From positions 6,280 through 70,279 of IMG/VR virus record IMGVR_UViG_3300033148_002257: a DNA stretch of 64,000 nt, one strand, 5' to 3'. The translations under genes were made by a program, and so were the position numbers. Below are positions 57,288 through 64,000 of this stretch, one piece after another (the stretch's first letter is position 1; every line of letters starts with the position of its first letter). This DNA comes from a virus. The notes beneath the pieces were generated by a model, which was given only the letters and a program-made list of their open reading frames with translations, was not told the DNA's origin and searched no databases.

Positions 57288-57351
57288 TATACTAATCCCA
57301 TTAAATTACTTATACTAACCTCATTAAACCATCTATACTAATCCCATTAAA
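57288..57351. repeat. three 23-bp-period tandem copies of the 3' end of the 57333 gene
   Basis: TATACTAATCCCATTAAA / TATACTAACCTCATTAAA / TATACTAATCCCATTAAA. Confidence 0.8.
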
Positions 57352-57677
57352 TCGTCTATCGTCGGTCGTATCCAATCAGCTATAGTTTTTGTAGACACTC
57401 GATAGTTGCCTAACACTAACATCTGGTCGCGGTTTAGATGATTTGCTAACATCTGAACAGCGTTAGACAACTTTGTATCGAACACAATCAGATCGTATGT
57501 CTCCTGCTTTTCTTGTTTATCTATCATTGACCTTTTTATTTCATATTGTAACGGTTGTCCTGTTATACTATTCCAGAACCCAACTTTCCATCCAGTATCA
57601 GTTTTAATAACTTTATATTCACAACCTGTTAATTTTGCAGCAAACTCACGTAACGTAACAGACTCTTTATCCGCCAT
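57333..57677 (-). CDS. hypothetical protein
   Basis: GGAG RBS; follows terL. Confidence 0.55.
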   Translation of the reverse strand: MADKESVTLREFAAKLTGCEYKVIKTDTGWKVGFWNSITGQPLQYEIKRSMIDKQEKQETYDLIVFDTKLSNAVQMLANHLNRDQMLVLGNYRVSTKTIADWIRPTIDDLMGLV

Positions 57678-57679
57678 TT

Positions 57680-59338
57680 CTATACTCCAAACGCGCTTCG
57701 TGACATCGGTTCAGGTAGTTTTGGAGATATTATATCGTTTGGGAAAAAGGTTAACGCTAACGCATCCGCACGGTCTGGCGACCGGTTAATACGTTCTCGA
57801 ATCTTATCTTTAGGTTCGATTTCTATATGTCCTTCACTAGAAACTTTCCATCGAGTTTCGCTTAACTCTTCAGCTAACATGTCATCTTGAGGTAACGCTA
57901 ACTGCCCGTTAAATGCAGGGTTTAACGATTCTCGTAACATCCAATACGTATACGCTCTCATGTTTCTAAACGTTCGTTCACCTGTAGAATCTTTTAACCG
58001 TTTACCTTGCGACTCACCGGTTTTGTCAATGTTAGGTCGTCGTCGCGCTGCATACGAGAACTTTGCACTTATAACCCTGTTTTCTTTTAACTCAGCAGCC
58101 CGATGCGCTACCCCAGCACCTACACCTACAGTATCAACTAAAGCTACATTTTCCCGGGATTTACCTAATATTTGTTGAATTGCACCAGTAACCTGCATAA
58201 GTATGTCGTCACCTTTATACCCAGGTACATCGAACTTTTCAACAATATCGCCATACCGATAACAGAACACCGATAAATCTGTTCCTTCACCGGCAACATC
58301 TACACCTAAACGTAAAGGACTAGTATACCGCCATCGTTTCTCTTCCGGTAACGCCATATTAAAATCGTACCATTCCTGCCATCGTCTGTTAGCAGATTCA
58401 ATCCATGTTAGCGGGATCAACGTATCGTCGCTGGTACGCGGAAACTCGCCTAACACTTTTATTAAAAACAGGTCGCTTGGCCGATACCAAACACCTGCAT
58501 ATTCAAAGTCATGATCGTCAGGATTAGCGTTTTCAGCAGGGATTTCCTGCGTCCACCCCGGTAACCCTAACTTTTCTTCTACCCACGAAGCGTCAACCTG
58601 TCCCGGTATAACTATTTTTCGAGCTTTAACGTTAGGCGACTCTAAACAGTTAAGCGCAAACCTGCTTTGTATACCTGTAGACTTCAGATCGTCACCTACC
58701 ATGTTGTACCGAGGGTCTTTAAACGCTTTATAAAAATGGCCCGCTAACCGTGTAGGGTTACCTACCATCAGAAACCTGCTGATTACACCTGTAAGCAACC
58801 CGTCTATAGCTTCAAACGTCTCGTCTTCTAATCCACTGGCTTCTGTAGCTACTACCAACTGATGCGCGCTATGTAACCCAGTCCAGTCTGTAGTCTTTTT
58901 ATCACTGGCCTTAAACCCTTCTAAAAACCTGTCAGTAGATATTGTCAACCGCAACCCCGTAAGTTTACCTCCAATTTCCATAGGTATATTGGGGTTAGAC
59001 TGGAGTTTGTTATACAAAGTTGCTAATTCTGCCATCATAACAGATTTTACCTGTCGTTCAGTCGGTGCTGTACTGATAACTTTAACAGGGTCATGCATGA
59101 GTAGAAAACATAACGACGCTACCGCCGCTACATAATCTTTACCTCGTGCATGACCCGACCGAACGACAGTACGACGGTTATACTGAACGGACTCTAATAT
59201 CTTCTGTTGATCGGAATCTAAACGAACCTGTAATATGTCTCGTGCAAACTTGTTCCAATCCTGTCTCCATTCAGCAACACGTTTTTTGGTTTCTGGCCCT
59301 ATAAGTTTCGCGCTATCTATAACGATAGGTTTCGACAC
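57680..59338 (-). CDS. terL: terminase large subunit
   Basis: RSGHARGKD Walker A variant, TEASG, GNPT, LGVDVAGEGTD, RSPDRADAL. Confidence 0.92.
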   Translation of the reverse strand: MSKPIVIDSAKLIGPETKKRVAEWRQDWNKFARDILQVRLDSDQQKILESVQYNRRTVVRSGHARGKDYVAAVASLCFLLMHDPVKVISTAPTERQVKSVMMAELATLYNKLQSNPNIPMEIGGKLTGLRLTISTDRFLEGFKASDKKTTDWTGLHSAHQLVVATEASGLEDETFEAIDGLLTGVISRFLMVGNPTRLAGHFYKAFKDPRYNMVGDDLKSTGIQSRFALNCLESPNVKARKIVIPGQVDASWVEEKLGLPGWTQEIPAENANPDDHDFEYAGVWYRPSDLFLIKVLGEFPRTSDDTLIPLTWIESANRRWQEWYDFNMALPEEKRWRYTSPLRLGVDVAGEGTDLSVFCYRYGDIVEKFDVPGYKGDDILMQVTGAIQQILGKSRENVALVDTVGVGAGVAHRAAELKENRVISAKFSYAARRRPNIDKTGESQGKRLKDSTGERTFRNMRAYTYWMLRESLNPAFNGQLALPQDDMLAEELSETRWKVSSEGHIEIEPKDKIRERINRSPDRADALALTFFPNDIISPKLPEPMSRSAFGV

Positions 59339-59512
59339 TTACTTTTTCCTTCTTTTACGCCGTGTACGTCGTGTAGGAGTCCAACCATGTTCTATACCCT
59401 GTAACAATCTTAACGCCCTTTTAGCCGCCTCTATACTGTTACACGTCTGTTTCTTTTTCCATTTACCGCCAACTTTATGGTAAATAGTTTTTCCAACACG
59501 TTTAAGTGGCAT
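59339..59512 (-). CDS. small basic protein (not in the ORF track)
   Basis: GAGGT RBS; MPLKRVGKTIYHKVGGKWKKKQTCNSIEAAKRALRLLQGIEHGWTPTRRTRRKRRKK. Confidence 0.6.
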   Translation of the reverse strand: MPLKRVGKTIYHKVGGKWKKKQTCNSIEAAKRALRLLQGIEHGWTPTRRTRRKRRKK

Positions 59513-59547
59513 ATCGGTTCACCTCTTTTCTATGTTAACTTTAGTCC

Positions 59548-59642
59548 ATCCTTCAAGGGAGACACCCCTTAAGACTGCGCGTTCCTTCCACCCCCCCAGG
59601 GGGGTTCCAGTCACTTGCCAAGACCCCGCCTAACGGCGGGAG
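59548..59642 (-). other. hairpin element 3 of the AAGGGAGACACCCC family
   Basis: Minus strand CCCGCC/GGCGGG hairpin, GCAAGTGACTGGAAC-CCCCCC/GGGGGG-GGAAGGAACGCGCAG, then GGGGTGTCTCCCTT. Confidence 0.55.
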
Positions 59643-59657
59643 ACTAAATCGATACAT

Positions 59658-59897
59658 TCAATCGTTCACCTTTTCATTATTATCATTATCGTAGCGCAAC
59701 GCACATGCGCCACCTTCGCATTCTATATCCGCTACCATCTGCCATACTTCGTCCCAATCTACTGCACTTATATCAACGTCCTGCCACGGGACGTTATGAT
59801 TACCTACGACATATTTCCCACGCTGTATATATTCTTCTATTGACATACCTATTATTTCTGACACGCTGGGTTCTGTTCTAACCGTCTGTGGTCGCAT
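59658..59897 (-). CDS. hypothetical protein ending in a CEGGAC motif
   Basis: GAGGG RBS; IECEGGACAL resembles ribonucleotide reductase C-terminal tails. Confidence 0.5.
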   Translation of the reverse strand: MRPQTVRTEPSVSEIIGMSIEEYIQRGKYVVGNHNVPWQDVDISAVDWDEVWQMVADIECEGGACALRYDNDNNEKVND

Positions 59898-60181
59898 GGT
59901 CTGTACCCTCTATATTTGTTACCATCTTCCTAGCTTCTATACTTATACCAGATATACTTATACCAGCACTTCCCAAGTTAGCTACATGTAGCATACATAT
60001 ATGCGTTCGATTCGCGTGTACCCACCCATTTCCCGCTGGTATACCTTTATTGATCACATACCTCTGTCTCGTTAATCTGTTTCGTTTGTTCTAACGTTAT
60101 AAATCTTGGCGCATTAAACATCGTGTCTTTAACAAACTCTACAAATATAAACATACTGCATATAAACCCGCGTCTGTCCAT

Positions 60182-60676
60182 TCACCTGAGTCCATACTTC
60201 TCTTGAAAACTTCCTTCAATTACATATTTTGTCCTGGGTTTCGTTGCATCTGTTTCCGATACTGTCGCTATTTGTGAAGCTGTTAATAGTCTAACAGCGC
60301 CAACTATGTTTAACGGCGTCCAGATGTTGTCTGTCTTTTCTAAACTATAATAGTCGTCTGAATATATCAGAAACCGTTTACCGCCTATTACTGTTGTTAG
60401 AAACGCGCTGGGATCAATAGAAAACACCTGTATACAGTCCATTATAGTATGTTTCGTTTGTCTACGCGAAGATTGGTCTAATTGCGAGTTTAACGTTTTC
60501 TGTAGTTCCGTAACAGACATCAATTCGCCTGACAGGTTATACCGTTCTTTTGTTTTGTTAGCAGCCCGAAAAGCCAGGATATTTTTAGGTAAAGGTTTTT
60601 TTGGTACAGGTGTAGGTTTTATAAACATCCATACCTTGGCAAACATCTTTATAACACGTTTAAACGCTTTGTTCAT
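60182..60676 (-). CDS. hypothetical protein
   Basis: GAGG RBS; 164 aa. Confidence 0.55.
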   Translation of the reverse strand: MNKAFKRVIKMFAKVWMFIKPTPVPKKPLPKNILAFRAANKTKERYNLSGELMSVTELQKTLNSQLDQSSRRQTKHTIMDCIQVFSIDPSAFLTTVIGGKRFLIYSDDYYSLEKTDNIWTPLNIVGAVRLLTASQIATVSETDATKPRTKYVIEGSFQEKYGLR

Positions 60677-60694
60677 CGTTCGTATCCTCGTTCG

Positions 60695-60895
60695 TTATTT
60701 ATCATCTTTTACAGGCACTATATAATTATACTCGCTACCATCTATCCTCTGCATTTCATCCATATATTCACCAACCTTTTCTGTCCCACGTAAACATAAC
60801 AACAACATCGTTGCTATAACCGCTAACCCTAACGCTAATATCACCAGCGCAACAAGAACTTCTAACAACGACAATCCACGGTCTATTAACGTCAT
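60695..60895 (-). CDS. small type IV pilin-like protein (PilV-like N-terminus)
   Basis: RG|LSLLEVLVALVILALGL class III signal with Glu at +5. Confidence 0.7.
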   Translation of the reverse strand: MTLIDRGLSLLEVLVALVILALGLAVIATMLLLCLRGTEKVGEYMDEMQRIDGSEYNYIVPVKDDK

Positions 60896-61064
60896 TTTAC
60901 ACTTTCATCTCGCACCATATTAGACAACCCCGCAGATATAGACGACGCATTTTTATCTCTTTTGTCTAACAACAACCCAGCTATGATACCCCAACTTATA
61001 ATGTCGCCTATAAACCAGCCAACTAAAAAACATACCAATATAAACGCTATATACGTAAACTCCA

Positions 61065-61262
61065 TTATTCTTCGTTATCCTCTACAGTATATACCCGTTT
61101 CCCTATACAACATTTCTTATACTTTTTCCCGCTACCACACGGACACGGTTCGTTACGTCCTACTTTCCGTTCCGTCCGTCTAATCGTCTTCTGTCTGTAT
61201 ACCTTCCGTACCCCGCCATGTCCTAACACGTCAAACTCTCTATCTAATACCCTAATATCCAT
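61065..61262 (-). CDS. SEC-C (SecA metal-binding) motif protein
   Basis: [20 protein letters not shown]. Confidence 0.85.
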   Translation of the reverse strand: MDIRVLDREFDVLGHGGVRKVYRQKTIRRTERKVGRNEPCPCGSGKKYKKCCIGKRVYTVEDNEE

Positions 61263-61369
61263 CTTTGTTTCGTTCGTCTACCTTCTCGTTATGTGCTTCC
61301 CAAAACCCTAACACAGCTATAAACCCGCAAAAACCCGCTAATATCCACGCTAAAACCGCCATTACTTTA

Positions 61370-61690
61370 TATCCCTGTCAACTATCCAACCCGCTACCAA
61401 CACCACCACACCTAGTATACCAAATATCCCCGCACATAACCAACCTAAAATGTAATAGACCATGTCGCGTTACCTCTTATCTGTCTTTCATATTGCACCT
61501 CATTAATCACATCTCACCACGCTTACACGCAACTCCACGCACCACACCAACCCGCATCACCTCCACATTACTACACGCTTACACGCAACCATCACATCCA
61601 CACTACTACACGCCATCACTGTACGCCATTACCACTCTACCACACGCCACACCACACAATTACCACACCATCCCACACAAACACTACAAA
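61370..61690. repeat. C/A-rich low-complexity tract (CACCA/CACGC units)
   Basis: Numerous CACCAC and CTTACACGCAAC units; G/T-rich on the minus strand. Confidence 0.65.
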
Positions 61691-61834
61691 AAAAATAATA
61701 TATACTTGACAACCCGCACGCATAGTATGATGCGAGGTAGAAAATAATATAAAATTGTGCGTTATAGGCAACCCCTCGTCCTATGCAACCCCAAGGGGGG
61801 ATCGCTTGACATTTCTGCGATTCTAGCATAAACG

Positions 61835-62428
61835 CTACTCTGTAGGCTTGTCGTCGTAACCTATTGATACCATTGAGGTTATGTCGTCTATCTGTCTTAA
61901 TTCTGTAGAATTGACAACGACAGTATCGTCATTATTCCCCGCATATGCTGGCAATTCTGCGGGTTTATTGTTGACATTTTGTTCGATTTGTGCAATAGCG
62001 GTGTCTTGTGTTGTGTTGTGTTGTCTTGTGTCTTGTATTACCTTGATGTTCTCTTGACAGGATTGCGCGAACAGCGCTGCTAACGTGACGTCGGTCGACA
62101 CAATGTGACGTTCTGCGAGTGCACCGAAATGTTGGCCCAGGAGTTTGAGAGCTTCGAGCGCGTATTTTCGGTCATTATCCTGGCGTGCTTCCCGGGCTAT
62201 CTCCGTCAGCTCGTGGATAATCCACTCTGCGTTGACCTCGATCGCACGTGCTTTCGACCGTTTGATCTCCATGATACGTTCGCGGATCTCAGTATCGTGT
62301 ATCAACCTATGCGCTTGTCGTTTAGCATTTCGCGGCGAGTATCCAGCAGCGATAGCGGCTTGAGTCGCATTTTCACCCTCGGCGTAACGTTGACAAAACG
62401 CCTCTTGTCGCTTATTTAGCTTGTTCAT
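61835..62428 (-). CDS. terS: terminase small subunit
   Basis: LNKRQEAFCQRY...NATQAAIAAGYS...ALKLLGQHFG. Confidence 0.9.
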   Translation of the reverse strand: MNKLNKRQEAFCQRYAEGENATQAAIAAGYSPRNAKRQAHRLIHDTEIRERIMEIKRSKARAIEVNAEWIIHELTEIAREARQDNDRKYALEALKLLGQHFGALAERHIVSTDVTLAALFAQSCQENIKVIQDTRQHNTTQDTAIAQIEQNVNNKPAELPAYAGNNDDTVVVNSTELRQIDDITSMVSIGYDDKPTE

Positions 62429-62449
62429 AGTCGCTAGTTGTCGTTAGGT

Positions 62450-62530
62450 TGACATTTTTGGGACACTTTCGGACATTTTGGGACATTTTCGTACACTTTT
62501 CGGACATTAGGTTATCATATTCGGACATAT
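62450..62530. repeat. ~10-bp tandem repeats (GGACAYTTTY) upstream of terS
   Basis: GGACACTTTC GGACATTTTG GGACATTTTC GTACACTTTTC GGACATT. Confidence 0.8.
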
Positions 62531-62912
62531 CTTGTCAACTCAACGGTTTCCCACCTTTGTCAACAGTTTACTGCTAACTATTGACAGGAGTTAGCGAATC
62601 GAAATGTTCACGTTGATAAACATCTGCTATGATGGCGGTAAATGGATGATATAGCGGGATCGATCACTGGCGACACGTTTAGGGCAGAAAGTTTGTCAAC
62701 TGATGAAAATAGTTGATCTGTATCGGGTGCTGTCAACAGTTGTAAGTTATTGGTATATATAGGGTTATAGCGGGGATATTGTTGACGGAAAGAAAAGTGT
62801 GTGCAACTGGGAAATGGAAGCGGGGTAGGTAGGTATACGTGGTATAATAGGGATAGGCAAAAGGTAATGGTAGGTAGTAGGAGTCACAACAACGTATAAG
62901 GAGGGCAAGACA

Positions 62913-63131
62913 ATGCAGAAGTGGCACGACGCATGCGAAGTGCACCCGGTCGAGGTGCAATGCCCGGAGTGTGGTCGTACACACACGATTATGACGTACT
63001 ACTCGACAGACTACGCGCAACGTAGCAGATCGCGTGATGCGGTCTACGATCGTTGGTGCCCGGAGTGTGACCGGCACGCATCGATCTACGCTGGCGAGAG
63101 GCAAGCGGAGCGGGATGCTGGTATCATCTGA
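62913..63131 (+). CDS. zinc-ribbon early protein
   Basis: AAGGAGG RBS; CPEC twice; TGGTATAAT upstream at ~62840. Confidence 0.65.
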   Translation: MQKWHDACEVHPVEVQCPECGRTHTIMTYYSTDYAQRSRSRDAVYDRWCPECDRHASIYAGERQAERDAGII

Positions 63132-63161
63132 TACCGACGCAACAGTAGAGGAGACGAGACA

Positions 63162-63413
63162 ATGACCCACACACACAATATCATAGCAGCGCAACCAATC
63201 GACGCGCGACAGTATCGTGCACCTGAGTGGATTGTATCGCCACTCGGGCGTGCAAGCGGGGTCGAGGATATGATGGCCACTGCGCAGGCGATCGAGCAGT
63301 ACGGGATCGAGCTTACACCTGTGCAAGGTTGGGCGCCGTATACCCATATCGCCGATCTGGGTATACTGGGAGTTGCACCGTATCTTGTGCAGGTTGTGGA
63401 TGATCTCAGATAA
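63162..63413 (+). CDS. hypothetical early protein
   Basis: GAGGAG RBS. Confidence 0.55.
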   Translation: MTHTHNIIAAQPIDARQYRAPEWIVSPLGRASGVEDMMATAQAIEQYGIELTPVQGWAPYTHIADLGILGVAPYLVQVVDDLR

Positions 63414-63414
63414 C

Positions 63415-63471
63415 GCCGAAACCGGGCTCCGGCCCGGTCTGCTAGACGTGGTGGTCTGGCACTGACGAGGT
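63415..63471 (+). ncRNA. type II hammerhead ribozyme
   Basis: GCC-GAAA, stem III CCGGGC/GCCCGG, GUC cleavage triplet (C63439), stem I TGCTAGAC/GTCTGGCA, CTGACGA, GGT closing stem II. Confidence 0.88.
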
Positions 63472-63498
63472 AGCCGAAACATAAGGAGGGTCAGAACA

Positions 63499-63768
63499 AT
63501 GACGCACAGTATGACGTGGGAACAGTGTCTCGACCGTTGGCCACGGCTGGTCCGCGCTTGTCAATGGTACGGTACTCTTGGTCAGGTTGAAGCGGCCTGC
63601 ACGTTACGCGATTATCGTGTTGGCCGTCAGTTGGGGGTTGCCGATTATGGCGGCGGCGAAGCCGCATGGAGTTGTGGCGGTCCGTTGAAACTTATCCAGG
63701 ATGCTATATGCCACCGAAATCAAGCCAGACATTATCGCCGGCACCAGTTGAGCTTATCGCTTGATTGA
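63499..63768 (+). CDS. hypothetical early protein
   Basis: AAGGAGG RBS directly after the ribozyme. Confidence 0.6.
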   Translation: MTHSMTWEQCLDRWPRLVRACQWYGTLGQVEAACTLRDYRVGRQLGVADYGGGEAAWSCGGPLKLIQDAICHRNQARHYRRHQLSLSLD

Positions 63769-63888
63769 CGCGGTATGTAGTTCTATATTGACATCGAAGC
63801 CAAAAGTACTAGTGCTAGTGTTGTCAAGAGAGAATGTGCCAGTTGAGAGAAAAGGCGATTGGGAGATACGGATTGACAACAAGACAAG

Positions 63889-64000
63889 GTGTTGTGTTGT
63901 GTTGGCTGTGTTGCGGTGTGTTGTTGTGTTGTGTTGGCTGTGTTGCGGTGTGTTGTTGTGTTGTGTTGGCTGTGTTGCGGTGTGTTGTTGTGTTGTGTTG
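63889..64000. repeat. 32-bp perfect tandem repeat built from GTGTT units, running off the window end
   Basis: Unit GGCTGTGTTGCGGTGTGTTGTTGTGTTGTGTT starting at 63904, 63936 and 63968. Confidence 0.9.

Noticed and set aside
61706-61731. TTGACA...TATGAT promoter
   Set aside because: Spacer is only 14 nt
61265-61747. 160-aa + strand ORF
   Set aside because: Product of the C/A-rich low-complexity tract, antisense to the operon, no RBS
62733-63482. 249-aa minus-strand ORF
   Set aside because: Shadow of + strand genes that have strong RBSs; no recognisable motif
63889-64000. CRISPR array (32-bp repeats)
   Set aside because: Units are directly adjacent with no unique spacers; no cas operon
1-64000. 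Stop-codon reassignment
   Set aside because: Core genes are full length in code 11, and TAA, TAG and TGA all end genes at tight junctions

Overview
The window is most or all of a tailed dsDNA phage genome with siphovirus-type organisation and standard code 11. There is no rRNA, no canonical tRNA and no CRISPR array. Positions 1-12.3 kb and 62.9-64 kb (+ strand) are an early/accessory region with a sliding-clamp homolog, a serine recombinase and many small, partly paralogous ORFs. Positions 12.3-25 kb (- strand) hold DNA metabolism genes: DinG-type helicase, DNA methyltransferase, ERCC4 nuclease, SSB-like protein, AAA_24 ATPase, PD-(D/E)XK exonuclease and a phosphoesterase. Positions 25-62.4 kb (- strand) hold lysis, tail, head and packaging genes. 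I recognised no DNA polymerase or primase. Main observations: (1) an HNH endonuclease cassette with its own promoter and RBS is nested out of frame inside the methyltransferase, whose frame stays open; (2) three ~165-nt enlarged tRNA-like cloverleaf RNAs; (3) a nine-gene glycosylation cluster inserted into the neck/head-tail module; (4) a type II hammerhead ribozyme; (5) three dispersed hairpin elements sharing an identical 14-mer, possibly priming sites; (6) a mini type IV pilin-like gene. All calls come from reading motifs by eye; no database searches or folding programs were run.
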